Source of the DNA: Candidatus Micrarchaeota archaeon
GTDB taxonomy: Archaea; Micrarchaeota; Micrarchaeia; Anstonellales; Anstonellaceae
Direction of reading: 5' to 3'
Assembly (NCBI GenBank): GCA_043810635.1
Contig: JBDRNY010000074.1
Span: 1 to 20,335 of the forward strand
DNA: 20,335 nucleotides
How positions within the stretch are numbered: the first letter of the stretch is position 1; every line of letters begins with the position of its first letter. The notes beneath the pieces were generated by a model. The model was not told the origin of the DNA. It was given only the letters and a program-made list of their open reading frames with translations, and did no database searches. This document shows, one piece after another, positions 1 to 7,574 of this stretch. A program made the position numbers and the translations under genes.

Positions 1-1589
1 AAGTCGGAGATGGCTTTTTCATTATTTTTGAGCTTGGCGTATAATTTCCCCCTTTCAAAATAAAGCTCTGAGTCCTGCCAATCCAGGCCAATAGCCTCTT
101 GGTAGTCATAGATGGCAGAATAAAAGTCTGAGTCGCTTGAATATGCTTGGGCGCGTTTTACATACCATTGCTTATTTGCATGCCACTGCCTATTATGCCG
201 GTTTAGCTCTATGAGCTTGGAATAATCTGAAACTGACTCGGCATATTTGCCGATTTCAAAATAAGACTGCGCACGGAATTGGTATGCTTTCCCGCTCTTT
301 GGCTCAAGCCGTATTGCCTCAGACAGGTCATCTATTGCCCCATCAAATTCCCCCTGATAGAAATGCACAATGCCCCGCTTCAGAATAGGCTGGGATGAAT
401 TTGGATTTTCTGCAATTTCTTTTGTGTAAAACTTGACCGCATCTCCATACTTCCTTTTTCCATCTGAGGAGATTTCTCTCCCATCATAATATTCGCGGGT
501 GGGGCGATAGTCCTCTTCCAGGTGCATCTTGAAGTCCTCTATTGCCTCAACATGCCTGTTTTGCAGATAGTATACAGAGCCGCGGAGCAGATAGGCATCT
601 ATTGCATTTCTTGATACCAAACTCTCACAATCCTCCAGTGCAAGCTCAAATTTTCCAAGTTTTAGATAAGCTTTTGCCCGATATTTATAGGCATCGTCTA
701 TACGAAAGGAATATGTTTCATTGTCAAATTTTGCAAAACGGCTGAAATCTGAGATGGCTTTTTCCCACTGGCCCAAATCAAAGTAAATCTTGCCCCTGTC
801 AAGAAGCGGATAGGCTCTGCCAAAGACAAAATTATCTGGGTAGAGTTCTATTGATTTTGTATAATTCTCAATGGCTTTTTTCTTATTCCCGGCCTTCAGC
901 CATGCATATCCAAGCTCGGCATAAATCCATTTGATTTCTGAGCCCAGCTTCAGCACCTCCTCCAAATCGCTGATTGCCTTGTCGTACTCCTCCAGCCCGA
1001 TGTAGATACTGCCTCTCTTCGCATAAGCCATGGCTTTTGATTCCTGATCCGGCGCATTGGCTATAGCCAGTGTGTAATCCCTTATACTGCTCTCCCCATA
1101 CCTGAACCCCGGCCGGGTGAGATAGGCGTCAAAATAGCTTGAATCAAGCTCGATTGCTTTTGTGAGAAATTTTTCTTTCTCAGGATAAGACTGTATCACG
1201 CCGAGATGAAAATAAACGTCTGGATTGTTCGGCTCAAGCCTTGCGGCATGCTCCAAATCTGCACAAGATTTTTGCCACCCCTTATGGCTCTCCATCCAAT
1301 CTCCATAATGCTTCTTCTCTCGTGCAATTGCCCTTCTGATGAGGGCTCTTACATTGTTTGAATCTGCTTCCAGCTCCCTATCGCATTCTGCAATTACCTT
1401 GTCAGGATTTTTTATTGATTTATAGGCTGCATAGCCCTTAAATTCCTTTTGTGGCACGGAATGTTTCAGAGCATTTGAATCTGCGCTCTTGCAACCGTGA
1501 AAAAACAAAATACCAAGAGTGGCACAGCCTGCGGCTATACTCCGCAGTTTTGGCAAGAAGCCAGTATGCCTCCCAGGATTGGCGTGCAT
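1..1589 (-). CDS. Tetratricopeptide-repeat (TPR) protein with N-terminal signal peptide; 3' end lies beyond the window
   Basis: Not in the ORF track because it has no stop in the window. Manual minus-strand translation from ATG 1589 is open to base 3: MHANPGRHTGFLPKLRSIAAGCATLGILFFHGCKSADS..., then many TPR-like units (AMAYAKRGSIYIGLEEYDKAISDLEEVLKL; WIYAELGYAWLKAGNKKKAIENYTKSIELYP; PILKRGIVHFYQGEFDGAIDDLSEAIRLEP; LYFERGKLYAKLKNNEKAISD). Confidence 0.9.
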   Translation of the reverse strand, partial: MHANPGRHTGFLPKLRSIAAGCATLGILFFHGCKSADSNALKHSVPQKEFKGYAAYKSIKNPDKVIAECDRELEADSNNVRALIRRAIAREKKHYGDWMESHKGWQKSCADLEHAARLEPNNPDVYFHLGVIQSYPEKEKFLTKAIELDSSYFDAYLTRPGFRYGESSIRDYTLAIANAPDQESKAMAYAKRGSIYIGLEEYDKAISDLEEVLKLGSEIKWIYAELGYAWLKAGNKKKAIENYTKSIELYPDNFVFGRAYPLLDRGKIYFDLGQWEKAISDFSRFAKFDNETYSFRIDDAYKYRAKAYLKLGKFELALEDCESLVSRNAIDAYLLRGSVYYLQNRHVEAIEDFKMHLEEDYRPTREYYDGREISSDGKRKYGDAVKFYTKEIAENPNSSQPILKRGIVHFYQGEFDGAIDDLSEAIRLEPKSGKAYQFRAQSYFEIGKYAESVSDYSKLIELNRHNRQWHANKQWYVKRAQAYSSDSDFYSAIYDYQEAIGLDWQDSELYFERGKLYAKLKNNEKAISD

Positions 1590-1707
1590 AGTAATAAATT
1601 TGTTTTTGAAGGCATTTATTTGTATCTGTAGCCGACGCCTTTCATTATGCCAAAACACTTCTTTCTCAAGCTTAAACCAAAAAGCCTGCCCAAAATCCCA
1701 TGCAAAA

Positions 1708-2772
1708 CTAATTTCTCCTCTTTGACATTCCGGTTATTTTTGCTTTTTCTGCCTGTTTCTCAAGCTCGTCCATGGCTTCGCGCACAGCATTCATCAATCC
1801 AAATTCAGAAGAGCTTGTGCGGAGCATATTTCTTCCCCTTATATGGGCAGATACAAAATATTCCCTCCCAGTCTGCTTTATGTGGAGGGAAAGCGCGGTT
1901 GCACCTATTGTTTTTTTCAATTTTTTCAAAAGCTTTTCCCCTTCTTTTGCAATATCCTCTGAAAGAGATTTTTCAGTTCCATGCAATCCTGAAACAACAA
2001 CAGGAAGCCTCATCCTCTCTCTCACAACAACTTCCAAAATATCTTTTGCAGTAATTATTCCTGCAGGCCTTTCTTTTTCAACAACAATAAGGCCAGCCCT
2101 TTTTTTATTAAGCATTTTTTTTACAGCATCTGAAAGCGATGAATTAAAGGAAATTGTTTCAACCTCTTTTTTCATAAAAGAATAAACAGGCAAATCCGTG
2201 CTTTTCTTCCCTTTCCCCTTTATCCTCGGTATTTTTGATTCATGGCGCATGCGGGTGGGAAGCAAGTCAAATACAGAAACAACCCCAACCAATCTCCCGT
2301 TTTCCAATACTGCCAATCTGCGCACATTGCCTTCCCTCATAATTGTGTTTGCAACAGAGGAAGATGCATAGGCATCAACAGTCATTATAGGGCTTGACAT
2401 ATGGTTTCTCACTTTATGCCCTTTCAAATAGCCCTCTTTGTCAAGCATGGAAAGAATATCCCACCTACCGATGCTTCCGATTAATTTGTTTTTGTCCATT
2501 ACAGGCAATGTTTTGAACCTTCCTGCAAAAAAAGACCTGCAAATATCTTCACTAGAATCTTCAATGCGGATTATGGGGGTTGCTATTACCATGCTTTTTG
2601 CAAATGTTTTTGCAGGGTCCATGGATTTTTCCCTTAATTTCCTTTCATCAATAATTCCAAGGTATTTTTTCCCTTCAAATACAAGCACTCCCAAGCCGTA
2701 TTTTTTTATTTTTGAAATTGCCTTTGAAACAGGCTCATTTGCATTAACAGTTATTGCCTTTGACAATTGCAT
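1708..2772 (-). CDS. 4xCBS-domain protein with C-terminal HPF/RaiA-like domain (putative archaeal ribosome hibernation factor)
   Basis: Four CBS repeats (ITVNANEPVSKA...LGIIDER; LPVMDKNKLIGSIGRWDIL; MSSPIMTVD...LAVLENGRLVGVVSVFDLL; FMKKEVETIS...LIVVEKERPAGIITAKDIL). An ~85 aa tail has a beta-alpha-beta-beta-beta-alpha pattern ending 'EFGLMNAVREAMDELEKQAEK', like HPF 'DLYAAIDxAxDKLERQL'. Start placed at ATG 2772 because GGGGTGA (SD-like) precedes it; the ORF-track start 2829 overlaps argS. Confidence 0.8.
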   Translation of the reverse strand: MQLSKAITVNANEPVSKAISKIKKYGLGVLVFEGKKYLGIIDERKLREKSMDPAKTFAKSMVIATPIIRIEDSSEDICRSFFAGRFKTLPVMDKNKLIGSIGRWDILSMLDKEGYLKGHKVRNHMSSPIMTVDAYASSSVANTIMREGNVRRLAVLENGRLVGVVSVFDLLPTRMRHESKIPRIKGKGKKSTDLPVYSFMKKEVETISFNSSLSDAVKKMLNKKRAGLIVVEKERPAGIITAKDILEVVVRERMRLPVVVSGLHGTEKSLSEDIAKEGEKLLKKLKKTIGATALSLHIKQTGREYFVSAHIRGRNMLRTSSSEFGLMNAVREAMDELEKQAEKAKITGMSKRRN

Positions 2773-2825
2773 CCTATCACCCCGCTTGCAAAAACTATCA
2801 GCCCAATATTTAATAATGCGTATAT

Positions 2826-4700
2826 TCACATCCGTGAAATTTTCCCAATTCCCAAAACATCCATTGCTTTTCCCAGCATATTCATAAATGCCTTTACTTC
2901 AGTCAATCTCATGCCTGAAAATTGCTTTGCCTTGTCTGAAAGCACTGGAGTGGTTGTGTAAAATTTGTTGAATGCAGAGGAAAATTCAATTGCAAACTCA
3001 CATATTGGATGCACCTGGAATGTTTTTGCGCACCCTTCCAATACCTCTTCCCATAAAAGCATCAATCTCAAAAGCGCCTTTTCCTCCTCATTATATTCAT
3101 ATTTTTCATCAATTGCCGAAGCATCAACTTTTTTCTCTTTTGCCTTATCCAATATATGCAATGCACGTGCATATGCATATTGTATATAAGGCCCGGAATC
3201 CCCTGCTAAAGAAAGTGCTTTATCATAATCAAATACAATCTTCTGGTTTGCAGAAGTGCGCAAAAATGAATATCTTATTGCGGCAATTGCAACAGCATTT
3301 GAAATTTTTTCTTTCTCCTCTTCAGAATATTCCCCTGTTACCTTTTTTTCAGCCCTTTTTTTTACTTCAAGCATAAGCTCATCTGCAGAAAAGCCCGGCC
3401 CCTCCCCTTTTTTCATCCAGGTGCCTTCCCTTCCGGAAAACCTTCCTGAAGGCAGTACAACATGCTCATATGCCAAATGAATCGAATTGTCAGCTTCCTT
3501 CCCATATTTCATTTTCCTCAACACAGCAGAAATAACTTTTTGAGGGTAGCTTTGCTCCATGCCTATTACATTTACAACAATATCTGCTTTCCTATACTCC
3601 CTCCCTTCCCCTACTTTGGTTGTCATATATGCAATTTTTCCATTAGGCTGCTCAATAAATTGGGAATATGAAAATTTGCTTTCCAGCAACCCGAATTTCC
3701 ACATCTGAAATGCAACATCTTTTCCAGTATAGGTGGCAGTCCCATCACTCCTTATCAATATCTTATCCGCATTTTCCATCCCTTCAAATTCTTTTACATC
3801 ATCTAATTTCACAATCCAGCAGCCTGCATTTTTCCCTTCTTTTTCATGCACCACTGCGCCGGAATTTTTTATTTTCTCAATTCCCTCCTCAAACACCGTG
3901 CGCATAATATCTGATTCAAAAATAAGCAAATCATGAAAAATTCCGAGGGAAAAAGCTGTTTCATACTGCGCGTTCACAACTTTTTCAACAGTCTTTCTTG
4001 CAAATGCAGATTCTTTTGTTTCCCCTTCTTCAAGTGTTTTGAGAAGCTTTCTTATTTTTGCGTCAATAACAGAGTCTTTTGCCTTGTTTGCAACTTCAAC
4101 ATATTGCCAGCCAACTATATGGTCAAATTTTCCCTTAAACTCTTCATACCCCTCGGGCACGGGGGGAGCACCTAAATTATTCTGCCCCCATATAGACTGC
4201 GCAATCTGCAATCCCAAATCATCTATATAATCAATTCTTTCAACAGCATATCCCGCATTTTGCATTGCATTTGAAAGAACATCCCCTAAAAGCGCATTTC
4301 TCAAATGCCCCACATGCCAGGGCTTGTTTGGATTTACCGAAGGAAATTCCACAATCGCTTTTTTATTTTTGGAAGGAAGCTTTCCCCATTTCCCTTCAGC
4401 AGCATTTTCAATCAATTTTTTCCAGAAATTTTTTGAAAAATAAAAATTCAAATACGGGCCAGAAGGTTTTACTTCCCCTACAAATTCAGGCCATTTCCCT
4501 TCCACAGCCCAGCGCGCGCTTAATTTAGCAGGATTTTCACCCCTTTCTTTTGCAATAGAAAATGCCAAAGTAGAGCACCAGTCTGCCTGCCCCCCTTTTG
4601 GAAAGCAAAAGCTGGCAATTGCTTTTTCCAATTCAGTATCAGCCGCTTTTGCAAGCGCCTCCCCCAATTCATTTTTCCAGTTTTCCAGCATATTTCTCAC
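2826..4700 (-). CDS. argS: Arginyl-tRNA synthetase
   Basis: Class I HIGH-like motif 'VEFPSVNPNKPWHVGHLRNALLGD', 'RSDGTATYTGKD', 'FSGREG', anticodon-binding domain 'GDSGPYIQYAYARA' and typical C-terminus 'LGIGKISRM'. Start is GTG 4700 or ATG 4691. Confidence 0.96.
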   Translation of the reverse strand: MRNMLENWKNELGEALAKAADTELEKAIASFCFPKGGQADWCSTLAFSIAKERGENPAKLSARWAVEGKWPEFVGEVKPSGPYLNFYFSKNFWKKLIENAAEGKWGKLPSKNKKAIVEFPSVNPNKPWHVGHLRNALLGDVLSNAMQNAGYAVERIDYIDDLGLQIAQSIWGQNNLGAPPVPEGYEEFKGKFDHIVGWQYVEVANKAKDSVIDAKIRKLLKTLEEGETKESAFARKTVEKVVNAQYETAFSLGIFHDLLIFESDIMRTVFEEGIEKIKNSGAVVHEKEGKNAGCWIVKLDDVKEFEGMENADKILIRSDGTATYTGKDVAFQMWKFGLLESKFSYSQFIEQPNGKIAYMTTKVGEGREYRKADIVVNVIGMEQSYPQKVISAVLRKMKYGKEADNSIHLAYEHVVLPSGRFSGREGTWMKKGEGPGFSADELMLEVKKRAEKKVTGEYSEEEKEKISNAVAIAAIRYSFLRTSANQKIVFDYDKALSLAGDSGPYIQYAYARALHILDKAKEKKVDASAIDEKYEYNEEEKALLRLMLLWEEVLEGCAKTFQVHPICEFAIEFSSAFNKFYTTTPVLSDKAKQFSGMRLTEVKAFMNMLGKAMDVLGIGKISRM

Positions 4701-5693
4701 TCACTCTTTAACGAAAAAGCTGAATTTAAGGATGTCGTGCACCCTAACCCAGTCTTGGCGTATCACTTCATTGCTGAAATGGGAATACACCTCCCCAAGA
4801 AGCTGCCTAAGCTCGCTGTCATTTGCCAATCTCGCGTCATAAGTCAGGTCATACTCCCCGAAAAGAAATGAGGAGCGGTAAATTGCAGGGTGGTGGTTCA
4901 AATATCCTATAAATTCCTTTTTTCTTTTCTCCGGAATATAATGAAGGTTTACAAGCACCCTGTAAAACAAAAACCCTTCCAAATTAGGGTTTGTTTTAAT
5001 GGTATAGCCTGTAATCACCCCTCTTTTTTCAAGCTTTTTTATCCTGTTGTATGTAGTCGGCCCCCCTAATTTTGCCTCTTTTGCTATTTTCCACATAGGC
5101 CAGTTTGCATTATCTGCCATTACAATCAAAATTCTTTTATCCACATCGTCTATTTCCAGCTTTTTTTCATGCCCGTGCATTATAAGCCTGGGCTCCTTTG
5201 TGCTTTCCTCTATTCCCTTGTCAAGAAATTTCTCCCTTGTAAAAAATTCAGTGCGCAAATGCACGCACCTTTTCTCATCCAAAGTATATTTTTCAAGCAA
5301 TTCCCTAATATGCCAAAGGGATTCTGAGGCATCATCTGTGTTTTCTACCAGAAATGTGATATGCAAATCATATCTCCCCTGGGTAAGAAGAACATCCACC
5401 ACCCTCGGCACATTCATAACTTTTTCCATAATTTCTTTTTTCTCTTTTTCGTTTATTTCTTTTAATCTGAAATATACTGCATACCCCCTATACCCCAGTT
5501 TTCTGTAGTCTATAAGGGTGATAAACGAGTGTATTATTCTGTTTTTTTCAAGCTGTGCAAGCCGGTAGCCCAATTTTGCAGAAGAAGTGTGCATTTTTTT
5601 TGCAAGTGAGGAAAGGCTTGCCCTGCAATTCAAATCCATCCAATAAAGGAGCTGCCTGTCAAATTTGTCAAGTTGCCTCCTCTTTTTTACCAT
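4701..5693 (-). CDS. Tandem (two-module) Lrp/AsnC-family transcriptional regulator
   Basis: Two HTH_AsnC modules (LDKFDRQLLYWMDLNCRASLSSLAKKM...YRLAQLEKNRII; IDDVDKRILIVMADNANWPMWKIAKEAKL...YNRIKKLEKRGVI), each followed by a ligand-binding domain with G-x-YDL. Its stop abuts the argS start. Confidence 0.9.
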   Translation of the reverse strand: MVKKRRQLDKFDRQLLYWMDLNCRASLSSLAKKMHTSSAKLGYRLAQLEKNRIIHSFITLIDYRKLGYRGYAVYFRLKEINEKEKKEIMEKVMNVPRVVDVLLTQGRYDLHITFLVENTDDASESLWHIRELLEKYTLDEKRCVHLRTEFFTREKFLDKGIEESTKEPRLIMHGHEKKLEIDDVDKRILIVMADNANWPMWKIAKEAKLGGPTTYNRIKKLEKRGVITGYTIKTNPNLEGFLFYRVLVNLHYIPEKRKKEFIGYLNHHPAIYRSSFLFGEYDLTYDARLANDSELRQLLGEVYSHFSNEVIRQDWVRVHDILKFSFFVKE

Positions 5694-5793
5694 GGTTTAA
5701 TATATTAGTGCATATTTTTAAGTTTTTTTATTGTTTTAGCCCCTTTTTTAAAAAAATACAGAAAAATAGGCAATAAATTATTATATTTAATGC
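5694..5793. promoter_or_regulatory. AT-rich divergent promoter region
   Basis: Very AT-rich spacer with TATA-like boxes (e.g. TTATTATATTTAA at ~5778-5790) between the leftward Lrp gene and the rightward small ORF(s). Confidence 0.45.
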
Positions 5794-5954
5794 ATGAGTG
5801 GTTTTTACATAGAAAAGGGGGTGAGGTGTGTGTTTTCGTTAGAAGTCTGGTTAAAACGATGCAGATTTAAACCCCTGAAAATAGCCGGTGAAGTTTTCTT
5901 CGGAACTCAGGGGGAGAGTTGGGAAAGAAGGCGTATGCAGACGGAGGTGGGTAT

Positions 5955-6095
5955 GTGAGCCTGAAAGAATTTTTAAGAAAGGCAAATCCCGCAGAATCTG
6001 TTTCTGATACAGAAAAACCTTCTGATGAAGGAAATGTAATAAAAAGACTGCTAGAGAGGGCCAGAAAGTTTAGTGCAAAGGATTGGGAATACTAA
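5955..6095 (+). CDS. Small hypothetical protein (46 aa; 58 aa if started at TTG 5919)
   Basis: GTG 5955 follows a strong SD (GGAGGTG, 5943-5949). It reads MSLKEFLRKANPAESVSDTEKPSDEGNVIKRLLERARKFSAKDWEY*, and a T-rich tract follows at ~6108-6120. Below the ORF-track length cutoff. Confidence 0.45.
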   Translation: MSLKEFLRKANPAESVSDTEKPSDEGNVIKRLLERARKFSAKDWEY

Positions 6096-6256
6096 TCCAA
6101 TCCCACCTCTTTTTTATTTTCCTCAAACTCCAGATGATATGTTAATGGGTTAATAATTTTTATAAAATAGCGAGCGGGAAAACCATCTTCTTTAGAAGTT
6201 GGATGTTAGCAAGCCAAATTGCTCCAACCACTGGAAACCTACCCCCTCAAAAGCCA

Positions 6257-6264
6257 TATATAAA
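6257..6264 (+). promoter_or_regulatory. TATA box of tnpB (probably leaderless transcript)
   Basis: TATATAAA ending 19 nt before ATG 6284, with no SD between them. Confidence 0.55.
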
Positions 6265-6283
6265 GCCGTTCAGTATTTTTTTC

Positions 6284-7492
6284 ATGCGCAACTACAGATA
6301 CAGAATATACCCCTCAAAAAGGCAGCAAAACAAGCTTAATGCCCAAATGAAGCTCTCAAAGCAGGCATACAATTTTCTGCTTGAAAAAGCAAAGGAAAAA
6401 TACAAAAAAGAGAGAAAAACCCTTTCCAAATATGATATGAACAAACTTCTTCTCATTCTAAAGCAGACAAACCCAGAATACAACACTCTCCACTCCCAGG
6501 CATTGCAAAACATATCAGACAGAGTATCCAAGGCATATTCCAATTTCTTCAGAAGAATCAAAGAGAGGAAGCGAGGAAAGAAAGTAAAGGCAGGATATCC
6601 AAGATACAAACAGCATGTAATAAGCCTTACCTACCCCCAGTCAGGCTTCTCATTTACCTCAGACAAGCGCATCTTTCTCTCAAAAACAGGCAGTATGCTA
6701 ATTTCCCTCCACAGGCCTCCAAAAGGAGAGCTCAAAACTTTAACAATCAAAACCTCCCCTTCAAACAAATGGCATATTGCAATTACATGCAATATTCCAA
6801 AAACTCAATTCAAGCCAAATAGGAAGCCAGCAGCAGGCTTGGATGCAGGAATAACAAATTTTGCAACTCTTTCAAACAGCATAAAATTCCCAAATCCAAA
6901 ATTCCTCAATAAAGCCCTGCCAAAACTCAAAACCTTAAATCAATCTTTCTCAAGGAAAAAAAAGAAAAGCAATAACAGGAAAAAGGCAAAATTCAAATTA
7001 TCTTTATTCCATGAAAAAATAGAAAATAGCAGAAATGACTTTCTGCACAAATTATCCAATATACTCACAAATTCTTATTCTATTATTGCAATCGAAAAAT
7101 TAAATGTAAAAAATATGCTCAAAAATTCCTATTTATCCAGAAGCATTATGGATGCCTCTTGGGCGTCATTTATAGCAATGCTTTGCTACAAGGCTGAAAG
7201 TGCTGGTTGCAGAGTATTTGCTATAAATCCAAAAAATACTACAAAAAAATGCAGCAACTGCGGAAACTTGCAGGAAATGCCATTGAATAAAAGAGTATAC
7301 AACTGCCCCTCCTGCGGAATGAGTGCAGACAGGGATGTTAATGCTGCAAAAAATATCATCAATTCTGTGCTGTTAGGGCACTATGCTGTGGGGCACACAG
7401 TGAAAGCCTGCCTAAAAAGAGCCTCTACTCCGAACCCTGTGTTTGGGGCAAGCAATTTTAATGAAGCAGGAACTATAAATCAAGTATGCTAG
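6284..7492 (+). CDS. tnpB: RNA-guided endonuclease TnpB (IS605 OrfB)
   Basis: N-terminus 'MRNYRYRIYPSKRQ', 'GYPRYK', RuvC-I 'AGLDAGI', RuvC-II 'IAIEKLNVKNM', Zn ribbon CSNC...CPSC, RuvC-III 'DRDVNAAKNI'. The catalytic D-E-D is intact. ATG 6284 is preferred over 6203, which directly abuts the left-end hairpin and lies upstream of the element's TATA box. Confidence 0.95.
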   Translation: MRNYRYRIYPSKRQQNKLNAQMKLSKQAYNFLLEKAKEKYKKERKTLSKYDMNKLLLILKQTNPEYNTLHSQALQNISDRVSKAYSNFFRRIKERKRGKKVKAGYPRYKQHVISLTYPQSGFSFTSDKRIFLSKTGSMLISLHRPPKGELKTLTIKTSPSNKWHIAITCNIPKTQFKPNRKPAAGLDAGITNFATLSNSIKFPNPKFLNKALPKLKTLNQSFSRKKKKSNNRKKAKFKLSLFHEKIENSRNDFLHKLSNILTNSYSIIAIEKLNVKNMLKNSYLSRSIMDASWASFIAMLCYKAESAGCRVFAINPKNTTKKCSNCGNLQEMPLNKRVYNCPSCGMSADRDVNAAKNIINSVLLGHYAVGHTVKACLKRASTPNPVFGASNFNEAGTINQVC

Positions 7493-7560
7493 GCATGCTT
7501 GGGTGGAAGCCCACGCCTCTTAGGCGTGGGAGGATGTCACATGCATGAAATATACCCCAA
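7385..7560 (+). ncRNA. Predicted TnpB omega/reRNA (scaffold ~7385-7540 plus flanking guide 7541-~7560)
   Basis: Dense pairing over the tnpB 3' end: CTGTG/CACAG (7386-7400), CCTGC/GCAGG (7407-7411/7466-7470), CTCCGAAC/GTTTGGGG, TCAAGTATGC-TAG-GCATGCTTGG (7480-7502), and the right-end hairpin. TnpB guide RNAs are known to derive from the right end plus flank. The 5' and 3' limits are approximate. Confidence 0.7.
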
Positions 7561-7574
7561 ATTAAGGTGCATAA

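Larger units (their letters stand above)
6164..7540 (+). mobile_element. IS200/IS605-family, IS1341-type (tnpB-only, non-autonomous) insertion sequence
   Basis: Left end: TTAT (6160-6163), guide tetranucleotide AAAA at +16..+19 (6179-6182), hairpin CCATCTTC-TTTA-GAAGTTGG (6183-6202). Right end: GAAG (7506-7509), perfect hairpin CCCACGCCT-CTT-AGGCGTGGG (7510-7530), then AGGATGTCAC ending in TCAC 7540. Both guide/cleavage pairs follow the IS608 pairing rule. No tnpA present. Confidence 0.85.

Noticed and set aside
5786..5798. TTTA-ATGCATGA matches the first 8 nt of the predicted TnpB guide, in a promoter region about 370 nt from the element, suggesting TldR-like repression
   Set aside because: The preceding bases (ATTTA) do not match the predicted TTAT TAM, the match is only 8 nt in AT-rich DNA, and the TnpB is catalytically intact.
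6284..7492. TnpB as a Cas12f/Cas14 CRISPR effector
   Set aside because: No repeat-spacer array or cas genes are in the window, and the gene is bounded by IS200/IS605 ends.
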